From the IMG/VR virus record IMGVR_UViG_2061766007_000136: a stretch of DNA of 64,000 bases. The stretch is one strand, 5' to 3'. The notes beneath the pieces are model-generated. The model saw only the letters and a list, made by a program, of their open reading frames with translations, did no database searches and was not told where the DNA came from. A program made the translations under genes and the position numbers. Source of the DNA: an uncultured virus (IMG/VR IMGVR_UViG_2061766007_000136) (lineage: Duplodnaviria; Heunggongvirae; Uroviricota; Caudoviricetes). Shown here piece by piece: positions 43,590 to 53,933 of the stretch (within the stretch, counting starts at the first letter, position 1; each line of letters begins with the position of its first letter).

Positions 43590-45191
43590 TCATATTTTTT
43601 CTCCTTGGTCTTCTGCTGTTTCCAATATCAGTGCATCGAACTTTTCAAGCGTATAATGGTCGATATGCACTTTTCCATTGATGATTGACACTGGGAACAC
43701 CATCACATTCCCTTTCTTGAAAATACTCGGTATCCTGCCCATGATGGTGATGCTTTCATATCCATCATTGATAACTATCTTGTCAAATGTCTTGTTTCCG
43801 AACTTGCTCATCAGACCCCTTGCCTCTGAAGTGACTTTGGCGAGCACCCATCTGTTCTTGAACTTGTCTTCCTCGACTTCCTCCTGCATGATGTCCGACA
43901 ACTTCCAGATTCTCCGTTTCGGGGAGTTGTAGGATTCATTGTGTTTCACTTCGGCTACCTTAGCCATCCCTTGCTCAAAATATTCATGGTATTTGTTCTG
44001 AATGTTCTCGTGAATCACGAATCCGTTGATGTCAAGGCATTTATCCTCAAGCTCGGAAGCGGTGAATTTCTTAATGATTTCTGGCACTTCGGAGGAAGAA
44101 TCCTCTTCTTCCTCCACTACTACGGAAAATTCATCTTCAAAAAGACTAAGCTGGCTTTCGTCTTTTTTCTTCTTTTTCTTTTCCTTCTTTTCGCGTTCCT
44201 TTTCCTTCTCCTTGTCTTTCAGATAGTGATTGTAGTACCAGTTGTAGAGATATTCGATGTCGCCAAATGCACTCAAAGCTCTTGCAAAAAGAAGCGTCTC
44301 GAATTTGTTATGGTTGAACTTCGTTCTGTCGAGAAAATCCTTCAGGTCAACAAACGGTTGTTCCTCCCGATTGCTGATGATGTTAGACACATCCTTGTCG
44401 GAAAAGCCCTTGATGTTCTTCAACGGGGCATACATGGTTCCAGCCCTGAGTTCCCATTTGTCCGTCGAAGTCGTGACATCTGGATACCTGACTGTCATCC
44501 CATGTTTCATGCAGTATTCGATTCGCTCGTTCAGCACACCGACTCCCTTCTTTTCCTTTGCTCGGTCGATATGCCTCAGCAAAGCGCACATGTATTCATC
44601 GAAGAAATGCTCCTGCAACCACATCTGGACGGCGGAGTAAACCGAATACGACGTGGCATGCGCCTTGCAATTGTGTACAATGCATCCATTCGCATAGAAC
44701 AAATGGTCGTCACCAGAAATCGTGATGTCCATGACTGGGAACATCCCCATGTATTCGACGCATGTGATTCTGTTGGAAACACCTCCTTGGAACATGACCT
44801 TACATTCCTTCCCATCAACATACATATCAACCATCTGCTTTGCACTTCTCAATTTACCATCTTCGCAATACAATGGATGGTCAAGTGTAGCATACAGGCT
44901 TATCCTGTTGGCGAATTTAATCCTGAAAAGCTCTTTCTTGCCTTGCGGTAAAATATTCAGAACTTCCTGCCAGCAGTCACCACCATTTTTGTCAGGACAA
45001 AGTATCGAATCACCGACCACCAGCTTCCCTATTGGAAAAGCCCCGACATCTTTCTTAATCACAGGCACATCATATCCGAGGCAGAAACCATATCCTTGGA
45101 ACGCAAGCAGTTCCTTGAACGTCTCCTCCGCATAATCCATGTCGATTTCGCCAGTGCCAACTTCCGTCTTTTTTACGTTCTTTATCTTCAT
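43590..45191 (-). CDS. dnaE: DNA polymerase III alpha subunit, C-terminal fragment containing a mini-intein
   Basis: FQGYGF|intein|CKAHATSYS, YMCALL, PDV, LKNIKG (HhH), PFVDLKDF; no PHP or palm domain in this ORF. Confidence 0.85.
   Translation of the reverse strand: MKIKNVKKTEVGTGEIDMDYAEETFKELLAFQGYGFCLGYDVPVIKKDVGAFPIGKLVVGDSILCPDKNGGDCWQEVLNILPQGKKELFRIKFANRISLYATLDHPLYCEDGKLRSAKQMVDMYVDGKECKVMFQGGVSNRITCVEYMGMFPVMDITISGDDHLFYANGCIVHNCKAHATSYSVYSAVQMWLQEHFFDEYMCALLRHIDRAKEKKGVGVLNERIEYCMKHGMTVRYPDVTTSTDKWELRAGTMYAPLKNIKGFSDKDVSNIISNREEQPFVDLKDFLDRTKFNHNKFETLLFARALSAFGDIEYLYNWYYNHYLKDKEKEKEREKKEKKKKKKDESQLSLFEDEFSVVVEEEEDSSSEVPEIIKKFTASELEDKCLDINGFVIHENIQNKYHEYFEQGMAKVAEVKHNESYNSPKRRIWKLSDIMQEEVEEDKFKNRWVLAKVTSEARGLMSKFGNKTFDKIVINDGYESITIMGRIPSIFKKGNVMVFPVSIINGKVHIDHYTLEKFDALILETAEDQGEKI
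44670..45083 (-). mobile_element. Mini-intein (138 aa) in DnaE fragment
   Basis: Starts with CL, has ATLDHP (block B) and MDITI...FYANGCIVHN followed by Cys +1; too short for an endonuclease. Confidence 0.9.
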
Positions 45192-46234
45192 AATCAATTC
45201 CTCTTCCAGTAAATACCGTCGTTCACCACAGTTACTTTCATCTTTGGAAAAGATTCACTGACTTTATGGTATTGCTTTCTATTCAGAATTTTGTTTAGAT
45301 TGAATACCTGATATGCATTAAGGTTCTCAAAACTGATTTTCTTCATTTCAAACACCTTCTGCACGACTTTGTAGAACTTTTCCGTACATTCCTCATGTCC
45401 TTCCACATGCCATTGCAACACATCGTAATCGCCTTGCTCCTCAAGTTTGTCAACCGCCTCGAAAAATATCTTCCTCAATTCGTCGTCGGAAAAACCATTT
45501 CCCTCCAAAGGCTGTTCAAGTCTGTCAAAATATTCATCCTTGATTGCCATTTTCTGTTCCTTCCTTTTCAAAAGCGACTCTTTTCTGGGACGTGATTTCA
45601 TCCCAGATGAAGTTACTGATATAATCCTTGTCGTCTTCGCTGTATGGCATTTCCTCGACCGCCCTCAGCATCCTGCACTCGGCATTGTACCAGTCCCCGT
45701 CCACACAATCAATGAATATCTCGTTTTCATATATGTTGCAATCGTCTTCTTTCTTTTTAAGAAGGTATAATCCGACCTCATCCTTCGCATCTATCGGATT
45801 GTCCATAGAATCAAAACGGAACATCAGTCTCACTGGCTTGAAGAACAACTGGAATCTCTTGTCCTCGCTGTAAATAGACGATTCAAACCATCTGTTTGGT
45901 ATATTAATCATAGGTCTACAATTCGCAAATATGTTACTCATACGTTTTTTCCTTTATTAAGCCCAAGCCTCGCATGATAGTCCTTCGCATTCTCCTCAAC
46001 CGTATCGCCGAGCATCCACACAAGATGCTCCGTGTAGTAAGGACATTCCTTCGGAGCCTCCGTATATAATATGGTAGACAACTTGTGCCATTTGCCATAA
46101 TGATTGTACCGTCCTTCATTTTCCTCGATTTTGCAACAATACACTGGATATCTTTCCCGTGTATAGGAATGTTCGAGGTTTTTGCACTTCATGCAAAGCT
46201 CCTTGTCCTTCAACTCCTGCATTTCATATCTCCA

Positions 46235-47020
46235 TCACACTTCAATCTCATCAAACACGACCTCACCTGTCTTAAAGTAGTAGTCGTTTCCAGAATTGAC
46301 GCAATGGATTGCCTTGCCTTCTTGCGTCACATGATTGTATTCGACCCGCCTATGAGTATGACCGCACAACGCCAAGTCTGGATGGACATTTTCCGAATCA
46401 AAGAGATTGTCCACGCCAGAATAGCAGTTCGGTATGCTCATAGGCATGTCAATGTCGAACAGGTTGAGCTTCCGATGGGGGACGCAATGCGTCACGAGGA
46501 CTAGCTTTTTCTTCCTGACATTGCGTTGCGCCTTCTTTATCTGGGCGACGCACTTTTTGTGTTCATCGAGTGCATTGAATCCGACAATCGTAGAATCAAG
46601 CCAGCCTTCGTAAATCGTGTTCATGTACTTTGTCTTGTACATTCCATTGTAAAGACTGCCGTCGTACCACAGGACGTTCCCGTAGAAACGGACACCCATT
46701 GTGTCAAAATGTCCCTCTGTGTCAAGACAATGTACATTTTTGACACCATGCGACACACACACTTCATAGTCGTGAGTGTACTTTTCCAGCGTTTCCTTTA
46801 TACTGGAACGGGCGAATTCATGATTCCCTAGGCAGAACACCACTGGCAGGTCGAATTCGCTGAAAAACGCATACGTGTTGTAGCTTGGCATGTCGCTGAC
46901 ATCGCCAGAAATCACCAAAGCATCTGGATTGGAATCAGATAGCTTCCTGCGAATCACGCACAGGATGTTATCCACGGTGTCGCCGTACATGTGCAAATCG
47001 GATGTGAAAAGAAGTTTCAT
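46235..47020 (-). CDS. Calcineurin-like metallophosphoesterase
   Basis: SDLH, SGD, GNHE, THCVP, GHTH. Confidence 0.88.
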   Translation of the reverse strand: MKLLFTSDLHMYGDTVDNILCVIRRKLSDSNPDALVISGDVSDMPSYNTYAFFSEFDLPVVFCLGNHEFARSSIKETLEKYTHDYEVCVSHGVKNVHCLDTEGHFDTMGVRFYGNVLWYDGSLYNGMYKTKYMNTIYEGWLDSTIVGFNALDEHKKCVAQIKKAQRNVRKKKLVLVTHCVPHRKLNLFDIDMPMSIPNCYSGVDNLFDSENVHPDLALCGHTHRRVEYNHVTQEGKAIHCVNSGNDYYFKTGEVVFDEIEV

Positions 47021-47026
47021 TGAAAG

Positions 47027-47043
47027 TTGGCACGGTAATTGCT
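47027..47043 (+). promoter_or_regulatory. Sigma-54 (-24/-12) promoter-like site upstream of hsp20
   Basis: TTGGCACGGTAATTGCT fits YTGGCACG-N4-TTGCW. Confidence 0.55.
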
Positions 47044-47217
47044 AATATGAAAAATGTAATCGTTTTACTTGTTAATATGGTTCGAGAAATCAGATTTTCA
47101 AGCAAAGCATTGCAAAAAGTTTTTGGTTCATGTCAGACCAAAGAGTAAAAACCGTGCGCCAGAGATGGGCACAAAACAATCAAACGCATGCCGAAAGGAT
47201 GCAAAGGAGAAGAAATT

Positions 47218-47703
47218 ATGATGAATCTAGTTCGTAGAAATGAAGAAGACCTTTTTGATGGATTGCTCACACCGTCCCGCCTTTTCAACGAGGCAATCGG
47301 AACATTGTTCGGAAACGAATCCATCTGGAACCCTAACCGCTGGGCAAGAGAATCAAGCCTCTACCCCATGAACGTCGTCCGTGTCAAGAAGGACGGCAAG
47401 TCCGTCGCCCAACGTCTTGAGTACGCCCTTGCAGGATTTACGAAGGATGAAATCAAGGTCACGCTGAAAGACGACACGTTGCTGGTCGAAGCTGAACACA
47501 AACCCGAAGAAAACAAAGACGAGGAAGCCGAATACAACGGCATCTCCTACAAGAAGATGTCCTGCCAGTACCAGCTCACCGACGACGCTGACAAGGAAGC
47601 GGTCGCCTGCGCTTTCAAGGATGGTTTGCTGACCATCACCGTCCCTTTCAAGAAAGAAGAGGAAAAACCCGTCGATGAAGCGAAACGCATCGACATCCAG
47701 TAA
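47218..47703 (+). CDS. Small heat shock protein (Hsp20/alpha-crystallin)
   Basis: YPMNV, ALAGFTKDEIKV, FKDGLLTITVP, C-terminal IDI motif. Confidence 0.92.
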   Translation: MMNLVRRNEEDLFDGLLTPSRLFNEAIGTLFGNESIWNPNRWARESSLYPMNVVRVKKDGKSVAQRLEYALAGFTKDEIKVTLKDDTLLVEAEHKPEENKDEEAEYNGISYKKMSCQYQLTDDADKEAVACAFKDGLLTITVPFKKEEEKPVDEAKRIDIQ

Positions 47704-47734
47704 GCTCTGGAAATAAGTTGTTGGGTCTGACATG

Positions 47735-47775
47735 AAAAAAGGCTCGTGGAACAAAATCCACGAGCCTTTTCTTTT
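47735..47775. terminator. Bidirectional terminator
   Basis: AAAAAAGGCTCGTGGA/TCCACGAGCCTTTT between convergent genes. Confidence 0.85.
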
Positions 47776-48586
47776 TACACCAGCAGGAGGAGTGAACTCA
47801 AGCCTATGAGAAGCACGACCATCACGAAACTGACGAAAATGTAGTCCTCCTGCACGTTCGAATATTGTGCGCATGCGTCGTCAGATTCCCCGACCGCCTT
47901 GTTGTGCATTTTCGAGAACCACGACTTGCATTCGCATCTCATGTCGCCAATCAGCCTTGCTGGATGCTTCGAGCAGAATGTGCAACTGCCACAGGTCTTC
48001 TTTTCTTTCGCCATAGTCAGACTCCTTATGATTTTAATGATTGTTGACCCAACGCATCAGCAGGATGAACAGGAACGACAACGCACCGCCACCGACGAGG
48101 ACAAGCAACACAATCCATTCTGGTGCCTGACCGACGAAATAATCGCATGCCTTCTCGTCGTCACGGACATGTTGCCCGTACTTTCCAGAATCCCATTCAT
48201 CGCACACGCAATATTTGCATGTGTTCCCTTTCGACATGTATGACTTGGTTCTGCGCTTTCCACATTCACCACATGTCTTCTTGCTCCATTCTTCTTCTGT
48301 CATAGTCTTGCTCCTATTCAAGTTGTTATCCGAATATGAAAAACAGGGAGAACATGAAGAGAAGAAACGCCAGATATGCGTAAGGCACGTACTTGCAGAA
48401 CAACTGCTCCCATTTCTGGAACGGGACGAAATCCTCGCATGCCTCGTCACCATAGTACCGATGCTCTCCGTAATGCATGGAGCCTTCATTGCCACAATAG
48501 CACAAGACTTCCCACTCGTCGTTCTGGTCTGTTTCCGACATCTGGCAGTCCGCGCATTTCTTGCATTGTTTGCATTTTTCCGACAT
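47775..48586 (-). CDS. Three tandem small Cys-rich proteins with a C-terminal TM helix (47775..48014, 48034..48303, 48326..48586)
   Basis: CxxC...C...AC-x-x-(F/Y) followed by a hydrophobic tail in each. Confidence 0.65.
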
Positions 48587-49429
48587 AACACACTCCTTTG
48601 AAAATAAAAACCGTGATGTATTTTCCAATAATATACACCACGGTTTTGAAAATGCAACTGTAATTAAATTATTTTTTTAATTATCTTCTCACAATGAATA
48701 TAAACCATTTGCCGTTGTCGTCACGGGCGTAATTGCCGACGCGATACGCAGGCACTTCGTCGATGATGTTGTTCTGAAGTGTGGTAAACAAACTTCTAGG
48801 AGACGTTCCCAATGTCTCACCAATATGGTCGCGCCAATTGATTTCCCCTCCAGAAGCCCCATTGGATTCAAGGTATTCATTGTCATAACGCTCGAATGTA
48901 TAGACCCTGAAGCATCCGCCGTCGAAATTCACGGTGGTCAAATCCTTTCCAAGCCTGTTGACCAGTCCCTTGTCGTCGAAGTCGATTCCGAAGTTCTCGT
49001 CTCCCTTCGTCCATTGCACCATCTCGTCTGGAGTCCACAAGCCAGTCGGTTCATTCTGGTTGGCGAAACGGCGTTCGAATCCAGCCTTGAGGAAATAAGA
49101 CCCGTTGATGGTGAACATGCCCCCGTTCGATGCCTTATGCGGGAATTTCGCTGCTGCATCGCAGTCCATGTAGTGCCCGTCGTCTGACGGGATGAAATTC
49201 ACAATCGTGCCTGGAAGCCAGCCCTTCAAAAGCTCGCCCCTAGGTCTCAACGGGAGCACGCTCCCTTCCTTTGCCCTGAATACTGGTATGCTNNNNNNNN
49301 NNCATGTCAATGTCGAACAGATTGAGCTTCCGATGAGGGACGCAATGCGTCACGAGGACTAACTTTTTCTTCCTGACATTGCGTTGCGCCTTCTTTATCT
49401 GGGCGACGCACTNNNNNNNNNNATGTCCT

Positions 49430-50014
49430 TCAGTTCGATGAACTCGATTCGCCTTCTTCCGTCTCGCGAGACGTGTTTATCTGCAATCCCTGCCCGTTGT
49501 ATTTGATGTCGCGGGTGCCTATTTGCTGGCGAATTGCTCCATCCTCCGTATCCACGTCGCCTTCAATCTTCAACAATCTGTCGTCCGTGTCGTTGACAAT
49601 CCCTCCTTTATGGATGAAATTAAAGTCGTAAGCCATGTTGACAAGCCCCCATTTCCATGTCGGGATGCGGTTGTCGCACTGCCAGCGACGGTCAATGTCC
49701 ATAGCCTTCAGCTTTTCAACCGTGTCCGCGTCAATCCCGTTGCACGCGATTTTCGTGCGAATCGTGTTCGGAGACTGGTTGTAGTGTGGCAATGCCTCGC
49801 TTTCAGCGGATTCGTCTTCCGAGGACGAATCTGAAGTATCCGACGCACCAGATGATTCCTCCGTGTTTAAATCATCCGTCGTATCCTGCTGTCCAGATTC
49901 GCTTCCAGAAGAAATTCCTCCTTCATTGTCCTGCGGTTCAACTGGGTCTGTCGCCGTAGGAGTCGTCGTCTGGTTTTCGTCATCGTCTATATTGTTCTGT
50001 TGTTCTTCTGACAT
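49430..50014 (-). CDS. Hypothetical protein with acidic low-complexity N-terminus
   Basis: RBS and ORF. Confidence 0.55.
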   Translation of the reverse strand: MSEEQQNNIDDDENQTTTPTATDPVEPQDNEGGISSGSESGQQDTTDDLNTEESSGASDTSDSSSEDESAESEALPHYNQSPNTIRTKIACNGIDADTVEKLKAMDIDRRWQCDNRIPTWKWGLVNMAYDFNFIHKGGIVNDTDDRLLKIEGDVDTEDGAIRQQIGTRDIKYNGQGLQINTSRETEEGESSSSN

Positions 50015-50104
50015 ATTCGTGTCTCCTAGCAAAAATAAGCCGTCCATAAAACTATTTTACGTTTCATAGACGGCTAAATATAAACGAAATGTTTCAATAA
50101 GACC

Positions 50105-50731
50105 TTAGCATACCCATAAGCGGTTCCTGAATATCTCGTCCTTCAGATAAGTGGACATTGCTGGAAGATGCAGGCACCAGTGACCTTTCTTGTATCTATT
50201 CACTAATTTCTGCCCTTCGTACATGTCTAGGTACTGGTTCCATCCAATCTCCTGCGGAGGCTCGATTACAATGTCGCTCCAGTCATGCTTGAAAGAATAG
50301 ACCATCGCCACCTGGTCGTGCCATCCTTCCTGAAATCTAGGGTCTTCACGCAGGCTGTTGATATGTTCCAGCCATTCGACACTGCGCTTTCTGTTCGGAA
50401 TGGCGAACACCCCAGAATTCCATCCGTTCACATCCTTCGCCATGATTATCTTATCGTCTTTGCAAGAAGCGAGATATTTCCCAAGATTGAAATCCATCCC
50501 GACTATCGTGGCATCGGCATCTATCCATACAATCCAATCGTACTGTGGCATGACATCTAGCAGAATCTGCGGTTTGCACCATTGCGGATGAAGATGGGGG
50601 AACGGGTTCCTTTCCGTGCAAACATAGTCCATCTTCCATTTGTCGCAATACTGTTTCTTGTAATAATCGGTCTTTTCAACCCAGAATGGAATCGGGTCGT
50701 AGATTCTGTTCGTCACAATCGCGATTTTCAT
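50105..50731 (-). CDS. Glycosyltransferase, GT34 (GMA12/MNN10-like)
   Basis: WCKP, YDWIVWIDADA, NSGVF, DQ, HLP. Confidence 0.8.
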   Translation of the reverse strand: MKIAIVTNRIYDPIPFWVEKTDYYKKQYCDKWKMDYVCTERNPFPHLHPQWCKPQILLDVMPQYDWIVWIDADATIVGMDFNLGKYLASCKDDKIIMAKDVNGWNSGVFAIPNRKRSVEWLEHINSLREDPRFQEGWHDQVAMVYSFKHDWSDIVIEPPQEIGWNQYLDMYEGQKLVNRYKKGHWCLHLPAMSTYLKDEIFRNRLWVC

Positions 50732-50755
50732 TGTACTCTTACTTTTCTAAATGAA

Positions 50756-51484
50756 TTATTTCTTGTCGGTTTCGATGTCGAAATCCGCTGGCTGGCTGGG
50801 TTCCGCCTCCTGCGCCACCGCATTGGCAAGGACATCCCTTATCGCATTCCACAACTCGAACGTCGTCTCGCAACGTATCTCGATGTTCTGCGCCGTGAAC
50901 TTGTCCATCAGGTCGCGTATCTCCTTGATTTGGTCAACATCGGCAAGGACGAAAGGATAGCCCATGAGGATGATGGAAATCTGGTCGTCGGCGGAGACTG
51001 GAGCTTCCTTCTTCTCCTCCTTCGGCTTCTTCTCCTTCTTCTCCTTCTTGTCGTCGTCGAACAGGCTTCCCTCATGGAACTGGAGCATCTTGTCCAGCTC
51101 GTCATTGTCGTAGCCCGTCAGACCCAACAAGTCTGAATCCATGTCCTGCAACATGTCGAGCAGGTTCTTCTCGTCGTTCTCGGACAAATCGGAAGTCCTG
51201 TTGTCGGCAATCATGAGGGCTTTCGCCCTGTCCTCGTCGATATCTATAATATGGCATTGGATTTCCTTCCAACCCAACGCGACCGCTGCCTCGTATGTGC
51301 CGTTACCGCACAGAATCTCCATTGACTCGCGTCTTACGACTATTGGTTTTGTTTGACCAAAAGCCTCTAAAGACTTCTTGATTGCGTCAAGGTTCCTCTT
51401 GCCGTGGATTCTCGTGTTCTTGGAATAAGGATGGAGGTCTTCCACCTTCACCGTGTCGATTTTCATCTCAGATAATTTCATCAA
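50756..51484 (-). CDS. ParB/Srx N-terminal domain protein
   Basis: LHPYSKNTRIH, SLEAFGQTKPIVV, GNGT, IADNR. Confidence 0.85.
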   Translation of the reverse strand: MMKLSEMKIDTVKVEDLHPYSKNTRIHGKRNLDAIKKSLEAFGQTKPIVVRRESMEILCGNGTYEAAVALGWKEIQCHIIDIDEDRAKALMIADNRTSDLSENDEKNLLDMLQDMDSDLLGLTGYDNDELDKMLQFHEGSLFDDDKKEKKEKKPKEEKKEAPVSADDQISIILMGYPFVLADVDQIKEIRDLMDKFTAQNIEIRCETTFELWNAIRDVLANAVAQEAEPSQPADFDIETDKK

Positions 51485-51502
51485 TCGTACTCCTTGTCAA
51501 TT

Positions 51503-52600
51503 TTACAAATCGAAATGGATTCCAAACCACTTGACGAGATTATTGTCAAGCGAGCGAAGGAATTCATATTCATTCTTATAGGAATCAATGAGCTTGGACA
51601 TTGACCACAATTGCTTTTGGTTGCCGTCCAGAATTCCGTAAACCGTGACAGTCAGATTGTATTCCGAATATTCCTTCCTGTTTTGGTTTTTTTCATTCAC
51701 CACCCTGTTGGATTCATCAGCTTCGGACTTGAACACAATCTTCACTTTGAAGTCGATGTCCTGAGCATTTTCAAATTTGTCCTTTTCCGCTTCGATGGCT
51801 GACTTCACCGCGTCGCGTTCCTTGTCATAGTCTTCCTTCTTGTCGCCTTCGCTGATTCCGTACTTTGTATACAGTTCGTCGTAGAAATCGTCGATTCTGG
51901 ACAAGTCAAGCACATGGTCGGGGAACAAATCAACAATGTCTCCAGAATACGCAATATCAGCCTTGCTTGAAATGCATGAATACAAAATGTTTTCAAAAGT
52001 CTGGTAAGCCTTGTCGATTACCTTGGCAATATATTTTGATTCTTCATTGTTATACCCGATTTCCTGATACAGGTTGTTGGCGTTTTTCTCGGTAAGAGTA
52101 AAAAGAACAGTTCCATTTTCACCAGACGGAACAGTTTGGAACACGTCTGAGCTAAAACGAGATTCGTCAAAACGATAATCGAATGTCAAATCTCCAGTCC
52201 ATGTGTCATCCATGTAACCAGCCGTCACAATGCTTGCTATATTTCTGACTTTCGCTGACTTGGCTTTTTCCTTCTTATGGTATTCGTATTTTTCCTGTAC
52301 GCTTTTCACAAGCTTGTCCTCCTTATTCTTTAAATATTCGATTGCTTCCTGCCATGAACCAAGAGACAGAATCTTGTCGATGTACTCGTCACCACCAGAA
52401 TTGTAGTCTGTCTCGGCTTCGATTTCAACTTTTCTGTCATCCTCACCGTTCAGGACGATAGCGTACTTGTCGTTCTCATCCACTTTATGTTCAAATGCAA
52501 ATACGCATTTGGAGCCTTTGCGCATGCCGACATACTCGAAATCCTTGATTTTGATTTTCTTCAATTCAGAATCAATATACTGCAAGTCTTTCTTTTCCAT
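51503..52600 (-). CDS. Hypothetical acidic protein
   Basis: Long ORF with internal VRNIASIVTAG motif. Confidence 0.6.
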   Translation of the reverse strand: MEKKDLQYIDSELKKIKIKDFEYVGMRKGSKCVFAFEHKVDENDKYAIVLNGEDDRKVEIEAETDYNSGGDEYIDKILSLGSWQEAIEYLKNKEDKLVKSVQEKYEYHKKEKAKSAKVRNIASIVTAGYMDDTWTGDLTFDYRFDESRFSSDVFQTVPSGENGTVLFTLTEKNANNLYQEIGYNNEESKYIAKVIDKAYQTFENILYSCISSKADIAYSGDIVDLFPDHVLDLSRIDDFYDELYTKYGISEGDKKEDYDKERDAVKSAIEAEKDKFENAQDIDFKVKIVFKSEADESNRVVNEKNQNRKEYSEYNLTVTVYGILDGNQKQLWSMSKLIDSYKNEYEFLRSLDNNLVKWFGIHFDL

Positions 52601-52620
52601 AATGGAAAATCTCCTATATA

Positions 52621-53013
52621 TTAATCAAGTTCATCAGACATGCCATTGTTGGCAAGTTCTAATTCAATGTCGTCTGCAACAATAGATGAGATGTCATCTT
52701 CGAATTTATTAAGTTTGACATTCACAACAAATGTACCGAAATCAGATTCATGCTTCATAGCAGGAGATACAGATGCAACTCCGTCAATATCCTTTATGTC
52801 ATTACGGACGGCATCCAAATCAGACAAATGTTTCTTTCCATCATCTCCAAAAAACGCTTCATTTGGAGAATAACTAAAATATACAACTATATTGTCTGGG
52901 TGTGTTTCTTCCACCCATCCAATCCATTTATAGCCACCACGGTCGTCAACAGTAGCCAAAAGACTCTTTGCAAGTTTTACAAGTTGTTTTGCAATTCTGA
53001 TGTTTTTATTCAT
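52621..53013 (-). CDS. Hypothetical protein with IAK-L-AK-LLA leader
   Basis: MNKNIRIAKQLVKLAKSLLA. Confidence 0.65.
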   Translation of the reverse strand: MNKNIRIAKQLVKLAKSLLATVDDRGGYKWIGWVEETHPDNIVVYFSYSPNEAFFGDDGKKHLSDLDAVRNDIKDIDGVASVSPAMKHESDFGTFVVNVKLNKFEDDISSIVADDIELELANNGMSDELD

Positions 53014-53294
53014 TATTCCTGCTCCTTCAACACGCTCAGTTTTATTGAATATGACAACGCCTTGTCCGTCACCCTGTCAATCGTGTCGATGAGCGTGTCG
53101 ATATCGATGCCAGTCTCCGTATTGACCTTGCCTTTCAGCTTCTTGACGGCGAGAGCTGCCTCCCATTTGCGCAGAATGAGAATCGCCTCGTTCATAAGTT
53201 TGCAAGCCTTGTCGATTTCCTTCGTGGATGTCTCCATCTCGAAAATCTCCTTGGCTTCATTAGCACGCATCGTCTTCATTCCGCGCCCTCCTGA

Positions 53295-53537
53295 TTAATC
53301 TTCCTTCATGAGTTCACTTGCGACCGCGAGGAGTTCCTCTGCAATCTTCTCCATCGGTTCGTTCGAGATGTCGTCTTCTTCGTCAGCGAGAGATTCCTTG
53401 ACGCTCTTGAACTGGCTTTGGTTGAGCTTCAAACCAGTCGTCTGGTTGAATGTCCTGCGCTTGCTGTAATCATTGACCGCCATAAGCTCTTTCGCAGCTT
53501 CAAGCATTTCCTTTGCGATTTTAAGATTTTCTTTCAT
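53295..53537 (-). CDS. Small protein with two IA-L-A-LM motifs
   Basis: KIAKEMLEAAKELMA and KIAEELLAVASELM. Confidence 0.6.
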   Translation of the reverse strand: MKENLKIAKEMLEAAKELMAVNDYSKRRTFNQTTGLKLNQSQFKSVKESLADEEDDISNEPMEKIAEELLAVASELMKED

Positions 53538-53933
53538 TTCAGTCTTCTCCTGTTATGATTAATTATCGTATTTGACTTCCTTGATTCCCGCGCTTCTCAA
53601 TGCGTGCAATGTCGTATCATTGTCCTCGCCTTGGAAGCTCCATATCATGATAAGCTCGCCGTTGTCCGTCGCACTGACCAGCGGAGTCTCTGTCTTGGCA
53701 TAGAAGTAATCCTTTATCAATGTCTTGTACGATGCCTTGACAGCACGCACGAATTCGTCGCCGTATGCCTTGATTTCCGTCACGGTCAAGACATCCATCC
53801 TGATGGCGAACGAAAGACACACGCCAGAACGGTTGTGGCACCAAGCCGAGCTGATGATGTCAACATTGTCGTCGTCATCGTCGTCGGCAAATATAATCAT
53901 GTTCTGGATTCCCTTCATCTGGATGCCTCCTGA

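Noticed and set aside
49303..49412. Near-identical copy of about 46446-46552, resembling a DGR template/variable repeat pair
   Set aside because: Bounded by N gaps on both sides, only a few differences, and no reverse transcriptase in the window; a misplaced variant contig
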